This document shows positions 28,634 to 37,976 of a stretch of 64,000 bases of DNA, piece by piece. Both the position numbers and the translations under genes were made by a program. This DNA is from an uncultured Clostridia bacterium (GTDB lineage: Bacteria > Bacillota > Clostridia > Christensenellales > CAG-138), in the NCBI GenBank assembly GCA_946411635.1, contig CAMKES010000002.1, positions 46,566-110,565 of the forward strand, given 5' to 3'. Each line of letters begins with the position of its first letter. Position 1 is the stretch's first letter. The notes under the pieces are model-generated. The model ran no database searches. It saw only the letters and a program-made list of their open reading frames with translations, and was not told where the DNA came from.

Positions 28634-30061
28634 TTACTCCTCGCGCGTAACGGACTCGGTCTTTTCCGTCTCTTCGGCCTCTTCGGCTTCCTTCTTCGTC
28701 AGCTCCATCTTGTCGGGATCGACCAGGATGCCGACCTCCTCTCCGTCCTCCATGAATTCGTCGGAATGCGCGATCCAGTCGTTCTCCTCGCAGGAGACCG
28801 TGATCTCGTAATGCGTGCCGAGGAACATGCACGCCTTGACCGTTCCGGTAAGCTTCGCGTCCTGCGGCGCGACGAGGCGGACGTTTTCGGGCGCGATGCG
28901 TACGATGGCGATCTCTTTGTTCTCGTAATCCTCCAGGCCCTCGCACGGGAACGCAACGTCGTCGATATAGATCGCGCCGTCGCCCGGCCAGACCTCCGCG
29001 TCGAAAATGTTGTTGGAACGCGTCTTCTTCATGATATGGATCGCGTCGGGCAGGATCTGAATGCCGACGCGCTGCCCCACCGGCGCAAAGTCCGTTGTAT
29101 GCACGATCCATTCATAACCGCCGCAGTCCACGCAGATCTCATAGTGCACGCCCATGAACACGACCGACGCGACCGTTCCGGAGACCTTTGACTTCTCGGG
29201 CGGAACGATGTCGATGTCCTCGGGGCGTACGACCGCGTCGACCTCGACGTTTTTGCCGAAGCCCGCGTCCACGCAGCGGTAGACCACGCCGTTCATGCGG
29301 ACCTTGTAGTCCTCGAGCATGAGGCCCGGGACGATATTGCTCTCGCCGATGAAGTCCGCGACGAACGGGTTCTTCGGCTCGTTGTAGATGTCGGTCGGCT
29401 TGCCGATCTGCTGGATGACGCCGTCCTTCATGACGACGATCGTGTCGGACATCGTCAGCGCCTCTTCCTGGTCGTGCGTGACGTAGACGAACGTGATGCC
29501 CAGCTGCCGCTGCATGCGCTTGAGCTCGACCTGCATCTCCTGCCGGAGCTTCAGATCCAGCGCGCCGAGCGGTTCGTCCAGAAGCAGGACCTTCGGCTCG
29601 TTGACGAGCGCGCGCGCGATCGCGACGCGCTGCTGCTGCCCGCCGGAAAGCTGGTCGATCCAGCGCTTGCCGTAGCCCTCGAGATTGACGAGCTTGAGCA
29701 TCTTCTCGACCTTCTCTTCGATGACGGCCTTCGGTGTCTTTTTGATCTTCAGACCGAACGCGATGTTGTCATGCACGTTGAGGTGCGGAAACAGCGCGTA
29801 CTTCTGGAAGACCGTGTTGATCTCGCGCTTGTGCGGCGGGACCTTCGCGATATCCACCCCGTTCATCTTCAGCATGCCGGTCGACGGCTTGATGAAGCCC
29901 GCAATGATGCGGAGCATCGTCGTTTTGCCGCAGCCGGACGGGCCAAGAAGCGTCAGAAACTCGCCGTCGTTGATGTACAGATCGACGTGATCCAGCGCGA
30001 CGTCGCCGTTGTAATCCTTGCTGATGTCGACCAGTTCGATCAGGTGCTTGCTTTGTTCCAT
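28634..30061 (-). CDS. potA: spermidine/putrescine ABC transporter ATPase with duplicated C-terminal TOBE-like domain
   Basis: 475 aa. Walker [10 protein letters not shown], signature LSGGQQQR, Walker B LLLDEP. Two similar C-terminal segments ([17 protein letters not shown]... and [17 protein letters not shown]...) and an acidic tail. Confidence 0.9.
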   Translation of the reverse strand: MEQSKHLIELVDISKDYNGDVALDHVDLYINDGEFLTLLGPSGCGKTTMLRIIAGFIKPSTGMLKMNGVDIAKVPPHKREINTVFQKYALFPHLNVHDNIAFGLKIKKTPKAVIEEKVEKMLKLVNLEGYGKRWIDQLSGGQQQRVAIARALVNEPKVLLLDEPLGALDLKLRQEMQVELKRMQRQLGITFVYVTHDQEEALTMSDTIVVMKDGVIQQIGKPTDIYNEPKNPFVADFIGESNIVPGLMLEDYKVRMNGVVYRCVDAGFGKNVEVDAVVRPEDIDIVPPEKSKVSGTVASVVFMGVHYEICVDCGGYEWIVHTTDFAPVGQRVGIQILPDAIHIMKKTRSNNIFDAEVWPGDGAIYIDDVAFPCEGLEDYENKEIAIVRIAPENVRLVAPQDAKLTGTVKACMFLGTHYEITVSCEENDWIAHSDEFMEDGEEVGILVDPDKMELTKKEAEEAEETEKTESVTREE

Positions 30062-30070
30062 ACGTCCCCC

Positions 30071-30625
30071 TTAAAATGACGGCGGCGTGCTGATCCAGAG
30101 CACTTTTGCCGGTGTTTTTCCGCTGTTGAAAAGATAGTGCATGCCCTGCGGATGCAGATAGAAGCTGTCGCCCTTCCGAACGCGATGCTTCGCGTCGCCG
30201 TCCACAAGCGTGACCGCGCCGGACAGCACGAGTCCGAACTCCTCGCCCTCGTGCGGATCGAGCTCCTCCGTCTGTCCGCCGGGGCGGATCGTGACGAGGA
30301 TCGGCTCGAGCGCGTTTTTCTGCGCGTTCGGCACGAGCCAGCGCACGAGCGTTCCCGCTTCTTCATCCTCTTTTTCAAACGTGTCGTCCGGCGTGAAGAC
30401 CACGCGCGCGTCCGAACGGTCGTTGAAAAACGCGGAGATATCGGTCCCGAGCGCTTCCAGAATATCCATCAGCGTCGCGATCGAAGGCGAGGTGATATCG
30501 TTTTCCAGCTGCGAGATGAATCCCTTCGTCAGCTCGGTGCGCGCCGCAAGCTCCTCCTGCGTCAGCCCGAGCTTCACGCGGAGTCTCCGAAGCTTTGTTC
30601 CGATCCCCGGTCTGCCCGTTTCCAT
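30071..30625 (-). CDS. XRE-family HTH + cupin transcriptional regulator (PuuR-like architecture)
   Basis: 184 aa. N-terminal HTH (LRRLRVKLGLTQEELAARTELTKGFISQLEN) and C-terminal cupin (HEGEEFGLVLSG...GDSFYLHP). First gene of the pot operon. Confidence 0.85.
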   Translation of the reverse strand: METGRPGIGTKLRRLRVKLGLTQEELAARTELTKGFISQLENDITSPSIATLMDILEALGTDISAFFNDRSDARVVFTPDDTFEKEDEEAGTLVRWLVPNAQKNALEPILVTIRPGGQTEELDPHEGEEFGLVLSGAVTLVDGDAKHRVRKGDSFYLHPQGMHYLFNSGKTPAKVLWISTPPSF

Positions 30626-30640
30626 CGTGTCTATCCTTTC

Positions 30641-30669
30641 TAAACTAAAAGTTTACGAACACTAAACTT
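30641..30669. promoter_or_regulatory. candidate operator in the 5' UTR of the regulator/pot operon
   Basis: Plus strand CTAAACT-AAA-AGTTTAC-GAACA-CTAAACT. TAAACT/AGTTTA inverted repeats plus a direct repeat, 16 nt upstream of the regulator ATG. Confidence 0.4.
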
Positions 30670-30783
30670 TCTGCACAATATAGTGCCATATTCCGTGCGC
30701 TTTGTCAACACCTATTTTGTCGAAAACCTGCGGCGCCGCGGGCGTTCGCGGCGGGATCGCGATCCGGCGGGCCGCTCGCGGTG

Positions 30784-30812
30784 TTGACACACCGGCGGAA
30801 TTGTGCTATGAA
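30784..30812 (+). promoter_or_regulatory. sigma-A type promoter of the small lipoprotein gene
   Basis: TTGACA (30784-30789), 17 nt, TGcTATGAA (30807-30812). Confidence 0.55.
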
Positions 30813-30872
30813 TAAGAAAACGGAACGGAATCGGATCCGTCCGCTTAAGAAACGATTCGGAGGAGAATCAAA

Positions 30873-31265
30873 ATGAAAAAGAATCTGAAATGGATCGGCA
30901 TTCTGCTCGCGGCTCTGCTTCTTTGCGGTCTGTTCACCGCATGCGGCGGCGGAAACGAAGCGGAAAAAGCGGCAGTCGGCACCTACGTCGGCGAGGTATA
31001 CTGGTTTATCGGCGAGCCCGACAACAAGATCGACAACAGCGGCTTCACGATCGAGCTTGCGTCCGGCGGAAAAGCCCACGTTACGCGCGACAGCCTGAGC
31101 CTGGACGGAACCTGGAAGCTCGACGGCGAAACGATCACCGTCACCGAAACGCTCTTCGGTCTGGAGAACGTGTACACCGGAACGCTGGTCGACGGGAAAC
31201 TGACCGTTACGAGCGGCGATCCGTCCGATATCTGGTCGGTCACCTATACGTTCAACAAGCAGTAA
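30873..31265 (+). CDS. small lipoprotein, unknown function
   Basis: 130 aa. Signal/lipobox LLLCGLFTACGG, GGAGGAG RBS, own terminator. Confidence 0.7.
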   Translation: MKKNLKWIGILLAALLLCGLFTACGGGNEAEKAAVGTYVGEVYWFIGEPDNKIDNSGFTIELASGGKAHVTRDSLSLDGTWKLDGETITVTETLFGLENVYTGTLVDGKLTVTSGDPSDIWSVTYTFNKQ

Positions 31266-31271
31266 TCACGG

Positions 31272-31303
31272 CAAAAAACGCCGGAGCGTGCTCCGGCTTT
31301 TTT
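31272..31303 (+). terminator. rho-independent terminator after the lipoprotein gene
   Basis: GCCGGAGC-GTG-CTCCGGC followed by TTTTTTT. Confidence 0.85.
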
Positions 31304-31308
31304 TATTC

Positions 31309-31342
31309 CGAAAAAAAGCGGGGACGGATCATCCGTCCCCCG
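31309..31342 (-). terminator. rho-independent terminator after udk
   Basis: Minus strand GCGGGGGACGGA-UGA-UCCGUCCCCGC followed by UUUUUUU. Confidence 0.85.
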
Positions 31343-31354
31343 CAATTATACCGA

Positions 31355-32035
31355 TCAGTCCTCGGCGTCCTCGTTCGCGCGCTCCGTTTCGGGCTGCACG
31401 TACGCGCCCGATTCCTTTTCAAAACGCTCGGCGAGCACTTTGGTGGTCAGATACGCCGAGATGCAGTCGATCGCCATCTTGTTCTTGCCGCCGCGCATGA
31501 TCGCAAAGTCGGCCTCGTTGATGTAGTTGACGATGTATTTCTCGTACATGGGCTTGACCGTTTCCACGTACTGCTCGGCGATGTTGTCGATCGTTCTGCC
31601 GCGGCTCTTGATGTCGCGCTTGATGCGGCGCAGCAGGCAGATGTCGATGTCGACGTGCATATAGACCTTCAGCACCATGCGTTCCAGAAGCCGGGGATCG
31701 TGGAACATATGGATGCCTTCCATGATCAGGACTTCGGGCGGATCGATCAGCTCGTCGGAATCGGCGCGCAGATGGTTCGCATAGTCATAGCCCTTCTTCG
31801 TGATGGGTCTGCCGCTCTCGAGCGTGTCGAGGTCGCGGATGATCTCGTCGTAATCGAAGATGGTCGGTTCGTCGTAGTTGATGTGAACGCGTTCCTCGAA
31901 CGGCAGTTCCGGAAAGCTCTTGTAGTAGCAGTCCTGTCCGATGATGACGCAGCTGCAGGAAAGGCTGTCCTGGATCCGTTTTGCCAGCGTGCTCTTGCCG
32001 CTTCCCGATGCGCCGCAGATGCCCACGATAATCAT
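31355..32035 (-). CDS. udk: uridine kinase
   Basis: 226 aa. P-loop MIIVGICGASGSGKSTLA and conserved NYDEPTIFDYDE, LIMEGIH. Confidence 0.9.
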   Translation of the reverse strand: MIIVGICGASGSGKSTLAKRIQDSLSCSCVIIGQDCYYKSFPELPFEERVHINYDEPTIFDYDEIIRDLDTLESGRPITKKGYDYANHLRADSDELIDPPEVLIMEGIHMFHDPRLLERMVLKVYMHVDIDICLLRRIKRDIKSRGRTIDNIAEQYVETVKPMYEKYIVNYINEADFAIMRGGKNKMAIDCISAYLTTKVLAERFEKESGAYVQPETERANEDAED

Positions 32036-32217
32036 GAAATGCTTCCCCCCGAAATCGTTTTGTTAATTTTACCGCAAAACGGACGCGCTTGCAAGGGGGC
32101 TTTCGGAGTTCCTTCGGATTTTCCGCCGTCCGATTGACATTTTTCCGGAAATGTACTATATTTTTTATATATGATCCGTGCGGCGCGGTCGTATGCGCCG
32201 CGGGAAAGGAGACCGAT

Positions 32218-32838
32218 ATGAGAATCATCACCGTCAGCCGCGAATTCGGTTCGGGCGGGCGCGAGCTCGGAAAGCGCATCGCCGATATTCTCGGTTACGA
32301 CTATTACGACAGCGAGATCATTTCCGCCGTCGCGCAGAAAAGCGGATTCGACGAAGCCTACGTGGAAACCACGCTGGACAATCACGGCTGGCAGGACTTC
32401 CCCGTTACGTTCGGCGGAACGATGCATTCGTCCGCTTATATGCAGGCAAGCAAGATCGATCTGCTCGTACGCCAGAAAAAGGTCATCGAGGAGATCGCGG
32501 CGCTCGGCAAAAACTGCGTGATCATCGGCCGCAACGCCGACGCGATCCTCAAGGATTTCCATCCGTTCAGCCTGTTCGTATGCGCCGATACGGAAGCGAA
32601 GATCCGGCGCTGCCGCGCCCGCGCGCGCGAGGATGAAACGCTTACCGACCGCGAGCTCCGGCGCAAGATGAAGGAGATCGACAAGGCGCGCGCCCGCACC
32701 CGCGATTTCCTGACCGGAAGCGAGTGGGGCAAATGCGGTTCGTATCATCTGACCGTCAACACCGCCGAATGGGATATGAAGGCGCTTGCCGCCGCCGTCG
32801 CCGCATTTGCGGAACGGTGGTTTGAAAGCAGAGAATGA
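32218..32838 (+). CDS. cytidylate kinase-like family protein (AAA/P-loop-like)
   Basis: 206 aa from ATG 32218 (GGAAAGGAG upstream). MRIITVSREFGSGGRELGKRIA is typical of the cytidylate-kinase-like family. ATGA overlap with the MATE gene. Confidence 0.75.
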   Translation: MRIITVSREFGSGGRELGKRIADILGYDYYDSEIISAVAQKSGFDEAYVETTLDNHGWQDFPVTFGGTMHSSAYMQASKIDLLVRQKKVIEEIAALGKNCVIIGRNADAILKDFHPFSLFVCADTEAKIRRCRARAREDETLTDRELRRKMKEIDKARARTRDFLTGSEWGKCGSYHLTVNTAEWDMKALAAAVAAFAERWFESRE

Positions 32839-34169
32839 GCATAAAACTGTCGGACCATTTCACGTACAGGAAGCTGCTTCGATTTACCCTGCCGTCCATC
32901 GCCATGATGATCTTTACCTCGATCTACGGCGTGGTCGACGGGTATTTTGTTTCGAATTTTGCCGGGAAAGAACCGTTCGCGGCGGTCAATCTGATCATGC
33001 CGTTCATCATGATCGTGTCCACCGTCGGATTCATGTTCGGAACGGGCGGGACTGCGCTGGTTTCCAAAACATTCGGCGAAGGCGATCCGGAGCGTGCGAA
33101 CCGGTACTTCTCCCTGTTCGTTTACGCCTCCTTCCTGCTCGGCGTGGTGTTTGCGATCCTCGGGATCGTGTTTCTGCGTCCGATCGCCGCGCTTTTGGGC
33201 GCAACGGGAACGTTTCTCGACAACTGTGTCGTTTACGGACGGATCGTGATCGCGGCGATGCCGTTCTTCGTGCTGCAGCTGCTGTTCCAGAGCTTTTTCG
33301 TCGCGGCGGAAAAGCCGCATCTCGGATTCTGGGTCATCGTTGCGGGCGGCGTGACGAACATGATCGGCGACGCCGTTCTGGTGACGCTGCTCCCGCAGGA
33401 GCTGAAGCTCACCGGCGCGGCGATCGCGACCGCGCTCGGGCAGATCGTCGGCGGCGGCGTTCCGCTGTTCTATTTCTTCCGCAAAAACAGCAGCATCCTG
33501 CGGCTCGGCAGGACGCGGTTCGACGGCAAGGCGCTGTGGAAAGCAGCGAGCAACGGCGTTTCCGAGCTCGTCAGCAGCGCGGCGATGAGCATCGTCGGCA
33601 TGGTGATGAACGTGCAGCTTCTGAAATACGCGGGCGAAAACGGCGTTGCGGCGTACGGAGTCATCATGTACGTCAATATGATCTTTGCCGCGATCTTCAT
33701 CGGCTATTCCATCGGCACCGCGCCGGTGTTCGGCTTTCATTTCGGTGCGCAGAACCGGTCCGAGCTCACAAGCCTGTTGAAAAAGAGCCTCCTGCTGCTT
33801 CTGATCGGCGGCGTTCTGATGGTCGGCGCGGCGGAGGCGCTTGCGCATCCGCTTGCGCTGCTGTTCGTCGGATATGACGCCGAACTGATGGCTCTGACGG
33901 AATCCGGCTTCCGGATCTTTTCCCTCTCGTTCTTCTTCATAGGCTTTGCGATCTTCGGCTCCGGATTCTTCACCGCGCTGAACGACGGCGTGACCTCGGC
34001 GATCATCTCGTTCCTGCGCACGCTCGTATTCGAGCTCGGCGCGATCCTTCTGCTGCCGCTTCTGTTCGGCATCAACGGGCTCTGGGCTTCGATCATCGTT
34101 GCGGAGTGTATGGCGACCGCGCTGTCGTTCCTGTTCATGCTTCTGAAGCGAAAGCGGTTCGGATATTGA
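32835..34169 (+). CDS. MATE family efflux transporter
   Basis: 444 aa, 12 predicted TM helices. N-terminal LLRFTLPSIAMMIFTSIYGVVDGYFVSNF is typical of MATE proteins. Confidence 0.88.
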   Translation: MSIKLSDHFTYRKLLRFTLPSIAMMIFTSIYGVVDGYFVSNFAGKEPFAAVNLIMPFIMIVSTVGFMFGTGGTALVSKTFGEGDPERANRYFSLFVYASFLLGVVFAILGIVFLRPIAALLGATGTFLDNCVVYGRIVIAAMPFFVLQLLFQSFFVAAEKPHLGFWVIVAGGVTNMIGDAVLVTLLPQELKLTGAAIATALGQIVGGGVPLFYFFRKNSSILRLGRTRFDGKALWKAASNGVSELVSSAAMSIVGMVMNVQLLKYAGENGVAAYGVIMYVNMIFAAIFIGYSIGTAPVFGFHFGAQNRSELTSLLKKSLLLLLIGGVLMVGAAEALAHPLALLFVGYDAELMALTESGFRIFSLSFFFIGFAIFGSGFFTALNDGVTSAIISFLRTLVFELGAILLLPLLFGINGLWASIIVAECMATALSFLFMLLKRKRFGY

Positions 34170-34174
34170 CGCAA

Positions 34175-34211
34175 AGAAAAACAGGAGGGCGTTCGCCCTC
34201 CTGTTTTGTTG
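34175..34211. terminator. bidirectional terminator between the MATE and beta-propeller genes
   Basis: AAAAACAGGAGGGC-GTTC-GCCCTCCTGTTTTGTT. Confidence 0.85.
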
Positions 34212-34218
34212 TTCCGGT

Positions 34219-36276
34219 TTACAGTTTGATCGTTGCGAGCTTTTCCATCGATTCGAACGAAAGGATCACGATCTCTTCCTGTCCGATCACGTAGAACGCG
34301 TCGTCCACGAAGAGTCCGCGCGCATCGCCGAACCAGCTCTCGCTGTCGGTCTTGATCGTTCCGATCTGCTTGAATGAATCGCCCTCGACGCGGAACACCA
34401 AATAGACGTTGTCCGCCGGGAACGCGACCGTGCCGGTCTTGACGTCGACGAAGACGACCTTGTGGTTGTACTGCACGGAGGTGTAGTTCACGTCCTTCAC
34501 GGACAGTTTGAACGCCTCGGTCACGTTTGCGGGATCGGAGATATCGAACATCGAAAGCTTGACGTTCTCAGTCCAGCCGTGCTCCTCATCCGCGTCGTAT
34601 CCGATGCCGAGAAGTTTGCCCTCGCCGAACGGATGCAGGTACGCGGAGAATCCGGGGATCTTGAGCTTCGAAAGCACCGTGGGATTCTGCGGGTCCGAAA
34701 GATCGACCGAGAACAGCGGGTCGACCTGGCGGAACGTGACGAAGTACGCGGCGTCGCCCATGAACCGTACGGACTGGACGCGTTCGTCCTTCGCGAGGTT
34801 CTCGAGCTTGCCGACGACGTTCAGATCGCCGTCGAGCACGTACAGTTCGCAGTCGCTGCTGTTGCTCCAGTCATAGGTATCGATGCCGTCCGTCCAGATG
34901 GTCTCTTCGCTGTCGGAGCGCGTCACGACGAGCCGGTAATAGCCGTTGTAGGCGTCCATGCTGAACTGGTTCAGCAGCGAACCGTTGAGCTTCGTGCTGG
35001 CTGCCGCTTCGATCTTACCGTCCGTAATGGTGAAGCGGAACAGATTCGTGGTTTCGCCGGACGTGATCTTGACAAAATGCTTGCCTTCTTCGTTCGTCTG
35101 CTCCTCGCCCTGTTCGCTCTTCCATTCGGTCGAGGCGATCAGAAGATCCGATCCGTTGCAGTAAACGGTGTTGCAGCCGCCGAGAACGGCCTTGTGCGAA
35201 TCGAACTCTTTTCCGTCCGCGGCGTTGACCGTCGTGACGACCGTGAAGCCGTTCTCATCCGATTCGGGGTTCACGTAAATGTCGCCGGGAACGAGAACGG
35301 ACTCCGTGCCGTTCGCTTCGATCCGCGGGCAGTACGACTTCGCATCGTTCATGTCATAGCGATAGATATACCACATCCGATAGTCCGAAACGATCACCAG
35401 CATATCGTCGACGAGACGCGCCGTGCGATAGCTTCCCTGCTGTTTGAGCGTGCCGGCATGCTTCGGCGCGGTGCGGTCACCGAGATCGTAGACCTCAACG
35501 ATCGTGCACTGATTGTCCATGCCGTCGGAATCCTTGCTCCAGTCGTTATACGTGCCGAGTACGTAGAGCTTATCACCGTAAAGCATCATTTCTTCGTAGG
35601 AGCGCCAATAGGTGTCATCTTCTTTCGGCATCGGAAGCTGGATCTCGCCCGTGACGGCGGAATCCTTGCCGTTTGCGGAAACGATGAAGATCTTGTTCTG
35701 ATTCTGATTCAGCGTGTAGATCCATTTCCCGTCGGTCTTGACGATATCCGCTTCGTCGATCCCGGCGACCTGATTGTTCGTGCCGGAATAATGCGTGCGG
35801 ACACCATCCTCAAAGCCTGCGCTGCCCTTTGTTCCGTTCATCGTGAGCGTATACGAATCCATCTCTGACGCCGGATTGGGCGCCGGCATTTCGGCGTCGG
35901 TCGGGGCAACCGCTGCATCCTCGATCCACATGGCGCCGCTCTCATAACGGCTGCCGCCGTTCGAGTTGCGTGCGCGCATGATCGTCGCGAGTTCTTCATA
36001 GGACTCGACCGCGGCAGGCACGCTCGCTTCCTGATACGTTGCCTTTCCGGTCGTGCCGCGATTGAGTTTGCCGGCGCGAATGCCGACGAACACCGCGACG
36101 AACATGGCCGCTGCAGCCGCGAATGCGGGCACTGCGATCATCCACGGGCGGCGACGGTCTTTCTTCTGCCGTTCAGCGCGCACCTGTTCGACGTCCGCCG
36201 CCCTGATCTCGTCCAGAAGGCTTTCGCGCACGTGGACGCCGTCGTTTTTCCGGCGATATGCATCCTTAAACTTCAT
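34219..36276 (-). CDS. membrane-anchored beta-propeller domain protein (candidate anti-sigma partner)
   Basis: About 685 aa from ATG 36276 (GGAGGAG upstream). Short cytoplasmic N-terminus, one TM helix (WMIAVPAFAAAAAMFVAVFVGI), and a large extracytoplasmic region resembling the Beta_propel family common in Clostridia. Overlaps the sigma gene by 11 nt. Confidence 0.7.
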   Translation of the reverse strand: MKFKDAYRRKNDGVHVRESLLDEIRAADVEQVRAERQKKDRRRPWMIAVPAFAAAAAMFVAVFVGIRAGKLNRGTTGKATYQEASVPAAVESYEELATIMRARNSNGGSRYESGAMWIEDAAVAPTDAEMPAPNPASEMDSYTLTMNGTKGSAGFEDGVRTHYSGTNNQVAGIDEADIVKTDGKWIYTLNQNQNKIFIVSANGKDSAVTGEIQLPMPKEDDTYWRSYEEMMLYGDKLYVLGTYNDWSKDSDGMDNQCTIVEVYDLGDRTAPKHAGTLKQQGSYRTARLVDDMLVIVSDYRMWYIYRYDMNDAKSYCPRIEANGTESVLVPGDIYVNPESDENGFTVVTTVNAADGKEFDSHKAVLGGCNTVYCNGSDLLIASTEWKSEQGEEQTNEEGKHFVKITSGETTNLFRFTITDGKIEAAASTKLNGSLLNQFSMDAYNGYYRLVVTRSDSEETIWTDGIDTYDWSNSSDCELYVLDGDLNVVGKLENLAKDERVQSVRFMGDAAYFVTFRQVDPLFSVDLSDPQNPTVLSKLKIPGFSAYLHPFGEGKLLGIGYDADEEHGWTENVKLSMFDISDPANVTEAFKLSVKDVNYTSVQYNHKVVFVDVKTGTVAFPADNVYLVFRVEGDSFKQIGTIKTDSESWFGDARGLFVDDAFYVIGQEEIVILSFESMEKLATIKL

Positions 36277-36805
36277 ATTCTCCTCCAAGTTCTTCCTTCA
36301 GCATTCCTCTTGCACGATGCAGCCAGGATTTTACCGTCGATTCGTTCGTCTTCATAAGCGAAGCGATCTCGCTGACGGAGTAATCCTCGTAATAGTACAG
36401 ATGGATCGCCGTACGGTATTTTTCGGGAAGCCGCATCACTGCGTCATACACGGTCGAATCCCGCTGTTCGTCTTCCGAAACCAGATCCCCCGCCGCGTCC
36501 TCCGGCACGGAGTGCCTTCGGAACGCGCTGCCGAGAAGCGATTTCGAGCAGTTGATCGCGACCTTGATCAGCCACGCCTTCTGATGCTCGGCGCTTTCGA
36601 AACCGGGATTGTTTCTGAGACAGCGCAGAAACACGTCCTGAACGACGTCTTCCGCGTCGGCGACGCTGCGCGTCCGCACGAGCGCCAGGCGGTAGACCAT
36701 GTCGCCGTACGTGCGAAACAGCGTGTCGAGATCGTTGTTGACGGGAGTATTCAACTCGTTTTGCATGCAATATTCCAATGTCTTCGGCTCCTTCACCATA
36801 AACAC
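36266..36805 (-). CDS. ECF-type RNA polymerase sigma-70 family factor
   Basis: Up to 179 aa. Region 2 (YRLALVRTRSVADAEDVVQDVFLR) and region 4 (LPEKYRTAIHLYYYEDYSVSEIASLMKTNESTVKSWLHRAR). The true start is uncertain between 36766 and 36805. Confidence 0.85.
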   Translation of the reverse strand: MFMVKEPKTLEYCMQNELNTPVNNDLDTLFRTYGDMVYRLALVRTRSVADAEDVVQDVFLRCLRNNPGFESAEHQKAWLIKVAINCSKSLLGSAFRRHSVPEDAAGDLVSEDEQRDSTVYDAVMRLPEKYRTAIHLYYYEDYSVSEIASLMKTNESTVKSWLHRARGMLKEELGGEYEV

Positions 36806-36908
36806 TTCGGATCGCTGCGTTCGGTTGCATCAAAAACGCAGAAATCTTAATCTTTTCCGGATTCACTGAACAGACGTGCGCGGGCGCTTTCGCGCCCGCG
36901 GCAGATGC

Positions 36909-37823
36909 TCAGTTTTTCAATCTGTCCTGGATCGTTTCATAGATCGCTCGGATCATTTTGTCGCGATATGCGTCGTCCTCGAGGATCGAGCGGTCGCCCT
37001 TGTTCTTCCAGTTGCCCATTACGAGCCACACGCACGGGCAGCCGCAGTTCTTCGAAACGTCGTCGTTCTTGATCTGCAGGCCGTTCGATTTGCCCGCCTG
37101 CTTCCGGATCCCCGTCGCCGCGGCGTACGTGTCGATCAGCGACTGTCCGTAGTCTTTGTTCTTTTTCATCGCCACGACGTAGCAGCCGGACGACTTTGCG
37201 GCGATCTCGTTGCACATCAGACGGATCGCGATATCGCAGCCGGCATTCTTGATCGTCTTCGCGCGGGTCGAGTTCGAAACGGACTTTTTGTTTCCGTCCC
37301 GGGTCAGGACCACCGTTGCGCCCTTGGACTCGAGGAAATCTCCGAGCTGCTGTGCAAACTCGAGGTTATACGCGCATTCGGCCTTATAGGTGGATCCGCC
37401 GTCGCGCACGGGATCGATGCCGATCGTGTATCCGTACAGCGGCGCGTTCGGGTCCGCAGACGGCTTCGACGAATGCTCCGGATCGTCCGTTTCCGTCGAG
37501 ATCGGAGGCGGCGTCGGCGTGTCCGGCACCGGCGTGCCGGTTTCCGGCGTTTCCGCCGGCGTTCCCTGCGCCGTTCCGGTCGGTTCCGCGGAAAACTCCG
37601 GCGTTTCCGAAACCTCTGCGACCGTTTCCGTCGGCGCGATCCGGTCGTCGCCGTTCAGTTTTGCCTTGATGCATTTCAGCGCGTCGCCGAAATATCCGCC
37701 GACCGCGAGAAACACGACGCCCGCGATCAGCGCGACGACCAGAATGACCGAGGCGCAAAACAGCGAAAAGCCGAGTGGATTCGTGATCCGGAAATGCTTT
37801 CTCCTCGTTTTGATTCGTTTCAT
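36909..37823 (-). CDS. N-acetylmuramoyl-L-alanine amidase (Amidase_3 family), membrane anchored
   Basis: 304 aa from ATG 37823 (AAAAGGAG upstream). TM anchor, PT/E-rich linker and catalytic domain (YTIGIDP..., AIRLMCNE, LVMGNWKNK). Confidence 0.8.
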   Translation of the reverse strand: MKRIKTRRKHFRITNPLGFSLFCASVILVVALIAGVVFLAVGGYFGDALKCIKAKLNGDDRIAPTETVAEVSETPEFSAEPTGTAQGTPAETPETGTPVPDTPTPPPISTETDDPEHSSKPSADPNAPLYGYTIGIDPVRDGGSTYKAECAYNLEFAQQLGDFLESKGATVVLTRDGNKKSVSNSTRAKTIKNAGCDIAIRLMCNEIAAKSSGCYVVAMKKNKDYGQSLIDTYAAATGIRKQAGKSNGLQIKNDDVSKNCGCPCVWLVMGNWKNKGDRSILEDDAYRDKMIRAIYETIQDRLKN

Positions 37824-37941
37824 GGGATCGCTCCTTTTCAACGGTTCGTTTTTCTGTGGGTTCATTTTACCACGCATTTCGCAAATCGGAAGAGATTTTG
37901 CATTTCGTTTACAAAAAGATAAAAAAACCGCCGCGAAAACG

Positions 37942-37970
37942 GATACAAAAACCGGAAAATATGGTATCAT
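37942..37970 (+). promoter_or_regulatory. extended -10 promoter; predicted leaderless transcript of the PLC-like/SLOG/PBP1A operon
   Basis: GATACA (37942-37947), 17 nt, TGgTATCAT (-10 at 37965-37970). The ATG at 37977 is only 6 nt after the -10, and no SD lies between them. Confidence 0.5.
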
Positions 37971-37976
37971 ATTCCT

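Noticed and set aside
30705-31079. Minus-strand 124-aa ORF in the divergent region between the pot regulator and the lipoprotein gene.
   Set aside because: It overlaps the well-supported lipoprotein gene and both promoters, and it has no RBS or homology. The inverted GGTGTTGACA elements at about 30703-30712 and 30780-30789 are simply the two divergent -35 regions.
36806-36908. Search for an autoregulated ECF promoter (GAAC-type -35 / CGTC-type -10) upstream of the sigma factor gene.
   Set aside because: Several weak AAC/CGT matches exist, but none has convincing spacing. The sigma start codon itself is also ambiguous (36766-36805), so I made no promoter call.
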